From: Macrostomum lignano
Lineage: Eukaryota
Direction: 5' to 3'
DNA: 27,684 nucleotides
NCBI GenBank assembly: GCA_002269645.1
Contig: NIVC01005051.1
Coordinates: 1-27,684, forward strand
The notes under the pieces are model-generated. The model was not told the DNA's origin. It searched no databases and saw only the letters and a program-made list of their open reading frames with translations. This document shows, in pieces, positions 20,001 to 27,684 of this stretch (positions are counted from its first letter, which is position 1; each line of letters opens with the position of its first letter). The translations under genes and the position numbers were made by a program.

Positions 20001-21204
20001 TGCGTGCGGAATCGAACCCGGGTTCTTTAACGTAGCAGTCGGCCGCGTTAACTACTGATCTGCTCTAGTAGTGCGAACGAGCATCACTGTTATTTTTTGT
20101 GTTAGATCAAGTTTACTGCCCTACCCCCAACTGCAGACAGCATGGAGTTCAAAAGCCTGTTCTCAGACGGAGGCGGCCTGGCCATGCTGTTCTTCTTTGC
20201 CTTTATGCTGTTCGTGTGCCTCACCCTGCTGAACGTGTTCGTTGCCGTCATGATCAACTCGTTACGCTGCGTCCGCCAGAACTGGCTCGCCGACCCGGAG
20301 AAGTACGAACTAGTTGAGCACTTTGCCAGCCGCATCCGCTGGCTGCTCGGCTGCTCGGTCAGGCACGGCCACCTGCGCCACATTGATGCCGACTATCATT
20401 ATCGCAAGGGTGAGCAGTGGTCATTGAGCACTGCTGGTGGCTCGGGTGCACTTCAGATTTATTAAATATAGACTTTTTATGTAGCCTCATTCATCATCTA
20501 ACAGATGACTCAGGTAGACTTTCAAACTTGCTGTAGTTTTCTCAGCTCACATTTTCTTGGGAGTCTTAAAGTCTCTTCATTGATCTTTAAGTGCTTCGGG
20601 TAGGTTTTCAGGTAGTCCTTTCTTGATCTTTAAGGGTAGACTTTTAAGTAGTCTCTTAATTGATTTTTAAGGGTAGATTTTAAGGTAGCCTCTTCATTGA
20701 TATTCTTGGGTAGACTTTCAGGTAGCCTCTTCATTGTTACCCTGGGTTAGACTTTCAGGTAGCTTCGTTCATCTTCTGGTAGAATTTCATGTAGCCATTT
20801 CATTCGTCTTCGAGGGTACACTTTCAGGTTGCCTTTCATTGATATTCTGAAGTAGACTTTCAGGTAGCGTCTTCATTGATACTCTGGGGTAGACTTTCAG
20901 GTAGCCTCTTGATTTACATGTATCTTGTTTCATCAGATTATCTGGTAGCCTCTTCTCCATTTCTGATCTTCAGCTGCCATCGAAGATGCACAGGCTGAAG
21001 GTAAACAATCCCTACACTGCATGCATACATGCACTATATCCTCCATCTATTTACCAAATTGCAGGCAGCGAGCAGGTAGAGGAGGACTTCGAGGAGCTGA
21101 ACCTGCGCATCCTGCAACTGGAAGTCATCCTTGGGACGGCCAACGCGCAGTGGAGACACCGCACCGAGGATGACGCGGACCCGAGGCGGAAGATCTACAT
21201 GTGA
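1087..21204 (+). CDS. PKD1-like: Polycystin-1 family (PKD1/PKD1L-like) 11-TM receptor-channel, 26 exons, about 3,610 aa after frame correction
   Basis: Exons inferred from GT-AG junctions with consistent phases: 1087-1159, 1238-1379, 1888-2093, 3098-3268, 3358-3612, 4019-4233, 4912-5587, 5662-5855, 5948-8687, 8828-9087, 9504-9527, 9618-9940, 10036-11042, 11286-11434, 11714-12408, 12677-12896, 12991-13262, 13953-14282, 14563-15650, 15835-16332, 16742-17178, 18305-18463 (alternative acceptor 18311), 18843-19098, 20137-20409, 20974-21000, 21065-21204. Sum 10,830 nt plus 9 missing bases gives 3,613 codons. Domain order PKD-REJ-GPS-TM-PLAT-TM-polycystin channel is diagnostic of the family. Confidence 0.93.
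1315..1328. promoter_or_regulatory. Perfect palindromic X-box inside coding exon 2
   Basis: GTTGCCATGGCAAC, encoding V-A-M-A-T. Confidence 0.55.
1405..1830. repeat. 41-bp minisatellite, about 10 copies, intron 2
   Basis: Unit GGCTATAGATTAGCAATCCATTCTATTCCTTCATCCGTGAT with substitutions and one shortened variant near 1670-1690. Confidence 0.97.
2190..3045. repeat. About 30-bp purine-rich minisatellite, about 28 copies, intron 3
   Basis: Unit GATGAGATGGGATTCGAATAGAGGAGTCGG/A. Confidence 0.97.
3873..3918 (-). ncRNA. Minimal type I hammerhead ribozyme motif (Penelope-like-element type)
   Basis: Minus strand reads TAAGAGC-CTGACGA-T-GCC-GGAGGCGA-GGC-GAAA-CATGTC-GCTTATA. It has the CUGANGA and GAAA cores, a 3-bp stem II, a palindromic ACAUGU stem III, a GUC cleavage triplet and 6/7 paired stem I. 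Confidence 0.75.
4426..4784. mobile_element. Foldback / long-TIR MITE, about 360 bp, intron 6
   Basis: Arms 4426-4587 and 4620-4784 are imperfect reverse complements, including a perfect 26-bp match (4502-4527 vs 4680-4705). Spacer is about 32 nt. No clear TSD. Confidence 0.85.
5662..7700 (+). CDS. PKD (Ig-like) repeats, exons 8-9
   Basis: Repeated WDFGDG-type and HxY/F..PG.Y.V.V...N.VS motifs: YTWNFTDG..TNYIS; ILDFGDGT..HPYTKRGTYNATAIVENQVS; ADFGDGH..HNFTVPGNYTVTVRLQNRVGS; CQWDFGDSS..HSYNRPGNYSISVNVSNAIS. Confidence 0.9.
7700..10200 (+). CDS. REJ domain, exons 9-13
   Basis: LNLPAFSLRAMRTYRVTF; IGVQ|CVSNC; VTVTPSQGVSVLDKFQIECTGASDSDEPLTY; LPPG...VTDANQAS..VIVTP. These are typical REJ motifs. 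Confidence 0.8.
9150..9434 (+). mobile_element. tRNA-derived SINE, CORE-like central segment, intron 10
   Basis: A-box-like TAGTGGTCAGAGC 9168-9180 and B-box GTTCGATTCC 9208-9217. TGTATCCTTGAGCGAGACACTTAAC (9244-9268) resembles the CORE-SINE domain (GTGACCTTGGGCAAGTCACTTAAC). AT-rich tail; boundaries approximate. Confidence 0.7.
12458..12588. repeat. 23-bp minisatellite, about 5.7 copies, intron 15
   Basis: Unit TGGTGTTTAGGAGAGAACACAGC. Confidence 0.97.
12677..13262 (+). CDS. GPS motif with HL|T autoproteolysis site and TM1, exons 16-17
   Basis: SACNY...ENTGLY|EGRCSTPTMLHCYSRHLTSFMANFYVPP (His-Leu-Thr at 13036-13044), followed by hydrophobic IAFALCIAVVCLYLIVIVWARRKD. Confidence 0.92.
13545..13800 (+). 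mobile_element. Degenerate RTE-like non-LTR retrotransposon fragment, intron 17
   Basis: GILLYNAEMRMLT resembles the RTE post-RT motif ILLYGAETWTLT, and LHNWKIHLSPNLV resembles the following I.W..H..N motif. Extent uncertain. Confidence 0.45.
13953..14282 (+). CDS. PLAT/LH2 domain, exon 18
   Basis: YELTFWTGNQRGAGTTANVCFILTGE...GSVDTF...LGRLSHLRIWHDNSGSDPCWYL...YHFICNRWLS(V)RRDDG. Confidence 0.95.
14563..21204 (+). CDS. Membrane region, TOP/polycystin cation-channel domain and coiled-coil tail, exons 19-26
   Basis: DGHLWLSVVTRPARSRFSRVQR; PRLRQLRL; WSYTSALDSLG..GLLATYSGGGY; WLDRLSRGVVLELLLYNP; IRFLRLLNFN; LLNVFVAVMINS; tail EEDFEELNLRILQLE; stop TGA 21202-21204; AATAAA at 21527-21532. Confidence 0.93.
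17275..18190. repeat. 20-bp purine-rich minisatellite, about 45 copies, intron 21
   Basis: Unit GGGGATGGGATAGAGTAGAT, very homogeneous. Confidence 0.98.
18488..18800. repeat. 30-bp minisatellite, about 10 copies, intron 22
   Basis: Unit TGAGTTTGTAGACATATGAGAGCATCTACT. Confidence 0.97.
19092..19785. repeat. 40-46-bp minisatellite beginning at the exon 23 donor, 16 intact units plus a degenerate one
   Basis: Unit GCTACTAGTGAGGCTCACTGGCAGATGGGGCTCA(G)n. Unit length varies mainly through the poly-G run. Confidence 0.97.
19850..20070 (-). mobile_element. tRNA-derived SINE-like element (second family), intron 23
   Basis: Minus strand has an A-box-like CAGATCAGTAGTTAACGCG (about 20044-20062) and B-box GTTCGATTCC (20008-20017). 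A 25-nt body segment (19951-19975) matches 16521-16545 at 22/25. Confidence 0.55.
20500..20950. repeat. Degenerate 37-bp minisatellite, intron 24
   Basis: GGTAGAC recurs at 37-bp spacing (20635, 20672, 20709, 20746). Consensus is close to GGGTAGACTTTCAGGTAGCCTCTTCATTGATATTCTT. Confidence 0.85.
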
Positions 21205-21644
21205 TCGCAGAGAGACCGCAGATTAACATAGGAATTTCGATTTGAATTGATTAGTTACTCTAAGTAGCAAGGACATTTTACCGGATTTTTTAAAAAAAAC
21301 TCTTTTTTAAGAGAATAATGCTATGAAACTTTGCTATGCAATTGAAAACTTAAAAAACTTTCTGCACAACAAACGGAAAGTACTTCTCTTATCTCGAATT
21401 ATAAATACTTTTAGTACTATCTTGACGCTATAATTGGTATTTTTTAAACAAAACAGAGGGAATTTCTAATTTTGAATCTAAACCAAAAAAAATTAAATAC
21501 TCAATGTCTAAATTTTTCTTTTCGGCAATAAACACTGTTTCTTAACTCTATTATTCTAACTAGCATTATAATTCAGCTCACTTCGACTTTTATTATTTTT
21601 TTGAGAGCAAATACGAGCTAGCATCATAAATTAATCAAATTGCA

Positions 21645-21900
21645 CACGCGGCCGCCGTCCACCTCACTCCACCGCGACCCTCCTCACACCGAGGCCACCC
21701 TTCTCACTCCACCGCTGCCCACCTTACACTGCCTCCGCCCACCCCAATCCGCCGCCACCCTCCTCACTCCGCCGCCCACCTCACTCCGCCACCCACCTCA
21801 CTCCGCCGCCCACCTCACTCCGCCGCCCACCTCACTCCGCCACCCACCTCACTCCGCCGCCCACCTCACTCCGCCGCCACCAACCTCACTCCGCCACCCA
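21645..21900. repeat. C-rich low-complexity tandem repeat, about 21-bp unit
   Basis: Iterated CCACCTCACTCCGCCGCC / CCACCTCACTCCGCCACC. Confidence 0.9.
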
Positions 21901-23152
21901 TGTCAAAAAAAATTTAAACCAGACTATATAAAGTGAATAACTCGACAATGAATACTGGTAATAATCGATAAGATATACGGCACACAATATTAGCAGTATA
22001 ATATTATATTTAAGGATCAGTAAACACTGATAATAAAAATAAAAAGCTGCACACCAATAAAAGCACAGACTAGCTGATGAAACCTGATCACCAAGTAAAA
22101 ACGCCAAAAACAAGAACAGGAAAAATCATGCAATTGGGTTAAAAAAAGACAAAAAGCCAGACTAGACTAGACTAGACCGCACTGTGAGCTAGGGGGGGGG
22201 CTGGGCTTAGCTATGAATAGATGCGGAAGACGACATCCAAATACGCGCGTCAAAACAAATATGAGTATATACTACTGCCAAGGAGTAAACTGCGCACAAT
22301 AAGCTAGAAATTTGAAGAGTAACAATATAATATTCGGCATAGTATTTAATCTAATATTGCAACAAAAAGATGAAAGCTTATACAAGGATAAACAACAAAT
22401 TTAAAGGAAGCATTCGGGGACAAGATTGAATATCGCCATCACCGCGTTTAGCAATACAACAAGACGCTGGAGAAAATTTCACACGCAGAAGTTCAAATAA
22501 AAAACTCTGCGTCTTCTAAAACTTCAATTAAAAAAAATGCACTATACAATATAGAAACAAAAGGTTTGCTCCAATTGTATAAAAATCAAGGAGGACAACA
22601 ATACACAGCGATTAAAAAATGATCAACAACACAATACAAAAACATTTCTAGTATTTGTTTTGGTTTTGCAAGTGTACGTTTATAGTTCTGATGTTAAAAT
22701 TAGATATTACTGCGTACATTTGAGTTAGTCTATTGAGGGTAAATCCTCATACCATGTTACTTACACTGTGTCTATTTTTAGCAACACGATGCGCAATTTT
22801 GCGCATCTATTTTTAGTAACAAGCGATGTACATCTGTTTAACTATACACACAGTGATAATTCAGCCAATCAAGTCTGAGCTAGTGTCTATGGTCAAGAAT
22901 TGTATTAGACCAAGCCAGCTGTTAGGGCTAAAAGATAATCAAGTAGAGAATTTCAAAGCAAGTATTCTGGCAACAGAAACTTCATCGCTGACAAGTGCTG
23001 ATTTTTAACAAAATTATCCACTTGATTGGCTGTGTGATAAATCCTAGACTTCTAGTATATTGTAGTATTGTCTATCTTCTTATCAATTATTTCACAAATT
23101 GTTGTGTCGACCTCTCACTATCGGACCTCCTTGACAGCTCAGATCAGAGTCG

Positions 23153-26100
23153 CTAGTCGCTATCCTCGTCATCATCATCGACTCCAACGCCGCTGGCGCC
23201 GCCGCCTCGGCCGCTCTGTCCGTCAGATTTAATCAGCCGCTCCATGCTGACCTCTCGCCTATCACCGCCGTCCATAGGACCCCGGCGAGCGTGATAGCGG
23301 CTGATGAACATGGCCAGGCACAGGGCAAATATGAATATGGCCAGGCCGTGCCAAGCGAATATCACAGTGGCCAACATGATGCTGTCGTGTTCAGCTTTTG
23401 TTAATTGGAATTGGCGAAGCCACGGTACAGGCGGGTAGAGCATTGCGCCTACCTGCGATGTGATTAAAATTAATTAATAGCTTTCTGTGTCGCCAAACTC
23501 CGGCATACAAGACTTCACAATTAGCAATCCTGTCCGCTCAGGGTTTATTTCTTCTCTCATCTCCTCTTTCCTCTTAGGGGTAAAGTTCAGTATTAAAGCT
23601 CTATAGCATTAAAGCTCTGTGTATGTAGCATTCTAAAGTAACAGTTTTCACACAAGGGTTGATCGTGCAAATCCATGTAATACAGATTAATGATCAATGT
23701 AAAAATCAAGGACGACTTAAGTAGAAGGACGGGAAACATCGTTTCTTAGAAAATTTTTGAAGGCACTTTTTCCCGAAAAAATACACTACGGAGATAGGAA
23801 ATTTTCATTTTTTGAGCACAAAAATTGCTATTACTTTTGATAGGAGGCAGATCCAGTGTTCATCTTTTGATATATTGTGCCTTTTTTATTGCTCTATCGA
23901 TATTTATAAAGCTTTTCGTTCAGAAAATTTTACGTATTATTTTAGTATCTGTGGGTGCAGCCCATATCCAGGGAATCCTATTGGCTCGCTTGAATTGGCT
24001 ATTGCCTACTGGTAATGAGTAGCGTTGATTTTGACTACTGATCTTTTTGAACCAAATATATGTCCTGTTCGGTCGGTAGTATCAATAGATTGGTTCTAGC
24101 AAAATACTCTCCTTTTTCTCTCCTCTTTCCAAGAATCCTACGAATCCTATGAAAACACTTTTTGCCTCCCTTACCCTTCCAGCCAGCTGGCAGTCGCTTT
24201 GCTATTCAGGACCCTTGGACTGGTCATTGCGGTATTTGGGTGTTGTCTTATTTGTATTTCAAACTGACTCGTGGTGGTAGCCTCCGATTCTTTTTAACGC
24301 GTGTTCTTGGTTGTGGGCCACGTCGAGGAAATGAGTTTCGGCGTGCGTATTTTTGCCTACGACGCTTTGCAACACAATGCTTTGGTTTGCATGGGTGCTT
24401 GCGCCTGTGCAAACCGGCTTTAGTGATCAGCCCGGCCCTTGCGGTCTCTGTGCATCTGTGTGGCCCCCACCCGGAGTCACCGCTCTGGTCCTACGCCGAT
24501 GGAAGTGGCGGCTTGCGCCTGCTGACTGGGAGGCACCTGGACTGCTTCCTCCGTGACAAGTTTGCCGCAGCCGGCGTTCGACCAGGATCTTACTCCGCGC
24601 ACAGTCTGCGACGAGGAGGAGCTATCTGGGCGTCTGTGCTAGGCCTCCCAGTGTCTGATATCATGCACATTGGTGACTGGAGAAGTGAGGCTGTGCAGCG
24701 TTATCTCCCCCAGTTTCACCAGACAGCGGAGGCTGCTGTGACTTTTGCCGGTGGTGTCTCTGCTTTGTTTTAGCTCCCAGCCTTCTGCTTTTGATCGCTT
24801 GCTCGCTTTGGGTTTGGAGGTCGCTTATTCGCTGTGCGCCTCCCGCGCGTTGCTCGCCAATTGTCTCAATGTGTCTCTTTGTGTCTGGCTGGTCACTAAG
24901 TGTTGCCTTTATTCTTGTAATGCAGAAATACATCGAAAAGTTTTTTGGCCAACTTGGTTGATTGAAATTAAGCTCTTTTCTTCCGTTCTTTGTGGGTGCG
25001 GTGCAGTGTAGACTGTATAGCTAGAATTCCCGTAGAATACCCTACCATTTGGTTTGGTACCTTAATATTTAATTTGTAATTGGAAAATGTGCAATTGAAA
25101 ATTGGGGTATGTAATATTTTTACTGCCGTAGAGCGCATATGCGTCACTTAGAATTAATGAAAATCGCATTTCGCATTTACAACAACTCTATTTTGCCTAC
25201 TTGAGTTAGTAGAGAGTTTAGCGCTAACACAACGACTCTTGGACGACTGGTCCTGCCTCAAAAGTCGCCTCTACTACGTGGCATTTCAGTCGTTTGAGTT
25301 GTTGAAAATTCACAAGAGTCACACCAGGGTCGCTAGAGTCACTAGTGAGTTGATTGCAATGACTCTTTGCGATTCTTGTCACGGTATCCTTTTTCAACGG
25401 GCTGTGCAGTACCCCCAGTTTTGCCCACAGTTACTAAAATAACCAGATGGGCCACTCAGGCATGGATACTTAGTGGAAAGGCGCGGTTGGGGGGTTTAAG
25501 CTGGGGGGATAAGAGCCAATAAATGAGCCTTGGCTTTAAAAATACATTAAAATGCTTCTGTTTAACTTACCACTGAACTGAAAGTAGCCCAAATGTGCTG
25601 AGTGGCCCATCTGGTTATTCCAGTATCTGTGGTTTTGCCTGGCTAATTTGGGTAGATCGATAACAAACGCGATCAGCAGTCTCGTACCTGGATAAACCAG
25701 CTGCCCTGTAGGGCGGTGAAAAAGCAGCGGGCCAGGGCTGGCAGCGGAGACCGGGGCCTGCGCAATTCTAGCAGCAGTGCCAGCACGCAGCACCAGACTG
25801 TGTACACCAGCAGGGTGTGCAGGACCACGTCAATCTGAGATAAATTATAGATGGATTCAAGTTCTCACTCTGTTCAGATTCCTTTCGCGGAGATGGAAAT
25901 TATTAATTGGCTGTATGAAGTCTTCTATCTGCTTAGTGTAGTCTGACATTGTCAAATTTACGGTTTCTGAAGGCTTAGTGTAGTCTGACATTGTCAAATT
26001 TACGGTTTCTGAAGGCTTAGTGTAGTCTGACACAGTGGCGTAGCCAGGGGGGGGGGGCGGGGCTGAGGCCCCCCCCAATCGCCTGGGGGGTGGGGTTGGG

Positions 26101-27235
26101 CGCGGCGGATACCAAAAACCAGGAGGCAATTGAGTTCCGCGGCGCCAAAATGAGTGCCTGTGGCGCCAAATGAGTGCCTGCGGCGCCAAAATGAGTGCCT
26201 GTGACGCCAAATGAGTGCCTGCGGCGCCAAAATGAGTGCCTGTGGCGCCAAATGAGTGCCTGCGGCGCCAAAATGAGTGCCTGTGACGCCAAATGAGTGC
26301 CTGCGGCGCCAAAACGAGTGCCTGTGACGCCAAATGAGTGCCTGCGGCGCCAAAATGAGTGCCTGTGGCGCCAAATGGGTGCCTGCGGCGCCAAAATGAG
26401 CACCTGCGGCGCCAAAAGTGGCAATGGCATAAGGCATGGCCAGCCAGACCAACCCGGCCCCGCCCCAATTGAAATTCCTGGCTACGCCACTGGTCTGACA
26501 TTGTCAAATTTATGGTTTATGAAGGCTTAAGTGTAGTCTGACATTGTCAAATTCATGGTTTATGAAGGCCTAAGTGTACTCTGACATTGTCAAATTTACG
26601 GTTTCTGAAGGCTTAAGTGTAGTCTGACATTGTCAAATTTACGGTTTCTGAAGGCTTAAGTGTAGTCTGACATTGTCAAATTTACGGTTTCTGAAGGCTT
26701 AAGTGTAGTCTGACATTGTCAAATTTATGGTTTATGAAGTTCATGTTTCTTGGTGTCAGGACACGAACACTCATAGTGTTTAAAACTACAAAATGCCCGA
26801 CATCTAACCTGAGTGCGGCCGTGCAGATGGAAGGTGAACAGGATGGCCTCTACGCAGAAGGCCATCAGGCAGACCGCATAGTCTGTGCCAGGCGGCAGCG
26901 GGGCTTTGCAATGCGCCAGGATGTCAACTAAGCCCGACATGGCAAAGCAGGCGTACATGGTGGCGTGCTGCCCATTGCCAAAGAAGGTGAATTGGCGATT
27001 TTCAAATGCAGTTACGAGCTCGCTGTAAAGCCGATGCTGCAGCAGATCATTTTTATAAAGCCCTCTAAGGGCAGACGGACGCAGCAGCAGCAGCAGGGAT
27101 AAACTACAGTGGACCGGTAGGCCGGGCCCCGCCTGTACTTGGCCTGTAGTAACGGCTGAGCACGGAGTAGAGCCACCACAGCGCAAATAGCAGGAAGAAT
27201 GCGCCAGGCAGCAGGTGGCCTAAGAATGTGCCCAT
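23153..27235 (-). CDS. TMEM45: TMEM45-like (DUF716 family) multipass membrane protein, 3 exons, about 291 aa
   Basis: Exons 27235-26809, 25834-25688 and 23452-23153, all phase 0 after adding two bases in exon 1. Family motifs: MGTFLGHLLPGAFFLLFALWW; NGQHATMY..F..SGLVD; VEAILFTFHLHGR; IDVVLHTLL; LQGSWFIQ|VGAMLYPP; HDSIMLATVIFAWH; acidic C-terminus. Confidence 0.9.
24162..24773 (+). mobile_element. Tyrosine recombinase fragment of a DIRS/Ngaro-type retrotransposon, in TMEM45 intron 2
   Basis: YSAHSLRRGGA (H-x-x-R, 24600-24611), GDW (24672-24680) and QRY (Tyr 24702-24704) match the C-terminal catalytic motifs of DIRS-group recombinases. No RT or RNase H nearby. Confidence 0.8.
25442..25615. mobile_element. 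TA-flanked MITE (Tc1/mariner-type signature), 174 bp
   Basis: 18-bp perfect TIR ACCAGATGGGCCACTCAG / CTGAGTGGCCCATCTGGT, flanked by TA on both sides (25440-41 and 25616-17). Confidence 0.75.
25930..26735. repeat. 42-43-bp minisatellite split by a MITE, TMEM45 intron 1
   Basis: Unit TGTAGTCTGACATTGTCAAATTTACGGTTTCTGAAGGCTTA(A)G at about 25930-26032 and 26493-26735. Confidence 0.95.
26033..26492. mobile_element. hAT-type non-autonomous transposon (460 bp) with internal 20/21-bp tandem repeats
   Basis: 16-bp perfect TIR CAGTGGCGTAGCCAGG / CCTGGCTACGCCACTG and 8-bp TSD GTCTGACA (26025-26032, 26493-26500). Internal (GCGGCGCCAAAATGAGTGCCT/GTGGCGCCAAATGAGTGCCT)n at about 26138-26415. Confidence 0.92.
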
Positions 27236-27684
27236 TTCTTTGCTCTGCTGTAGCTGAATCAGTGCTGAGGGTTGAAATTTTGGGTAGATTTGTTTGAGCT
27301 TTTGGCATAAAAGTCAAGATAGACACCTTTTGGGAAAGTTGGGAATAGCTTGACTTCAAATACTTTTATTGGTAAAAAATAGTTCCCTAGCTTAAAATAA
27401 AATGTTTAATGACCTTGGACATTGATACACTTTTGCTAGTCTGTAGATTTGTCTGCTTTCTTTACTGCCTAATTGAAATTTATCTGATAGGGGAATCTAG
27501 GTTTCATTATGGATAAATTGTCTACTTAAAATTTATCTTAAATTGGAATCAATTTTACTGGAAACATGATATTTCTTTTTAGACACAATAAGTACTTTCC
27601 ATGAAGCCCTATTGTAGCTAATGGCACAATCATAGAACATGTTTTAGAGCCTTCAATTTACATTGCATAAAACCCTCTACAACT

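Noticed and set aside
21640-21936. Pro/Thr/His-rich 98-aa ORF
   Set aside because: Translation of the C-rich tandem repeat.
25857-26530. ORFs with WRHRHSFWRRR / APQAL repeats
   Set aside because: Translations of the internal repeats of the hAT MITE; no transposase motifs.

Overview
Eukaryotic (invertebrate animal) genomic DNA. GC-rich exons with minisatellite-packed introns suggest a flatworm such as Macrostomum, but that is an unverified impression. The window holds two convergent spliced genes. (1) A 26-exon polycystin-1 family gene on + (1087..21204, about 3,610 aa): signal peptide, WSC-like module, several PKD repeats, REJ, Ser/Thr linker, GAIN/GPS with HL|T, TM1, PLAT, further TMs, polycystin channel domain and coiled-coil tail. 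(2) A 3-exon TMEM45-like gene on - (27235..23153, about 291 aa). Both reading frames close only if single bases are added: nine sites plus one compound lesion in the polycystin gene, and two in TMEM45. This is most simply deletion-biased assembly error. The non-coding DNA carries about ten unrelated tandem arrays, a hAT-type MITE inserted into a minisatellite, a TA-flanked MITE, a 360-bp foldback element, two tRNA-derived SINE-like elements, two non-LTR fragments and a DIRS/Ngaro-type tyrosine recombinase fragment. The most notable signals are a complete minimal (Penelope-type) hammerhead ribozyme core antisense in intron 5, an RFX X-box plus forkhead module upstream with a perfect X-box inside coding exon 2, and a minisatellite made of 16 copies of an exon's own 5' splice site. 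No prokaryotic-type novel system was found. All calls are by eye, without database searches.
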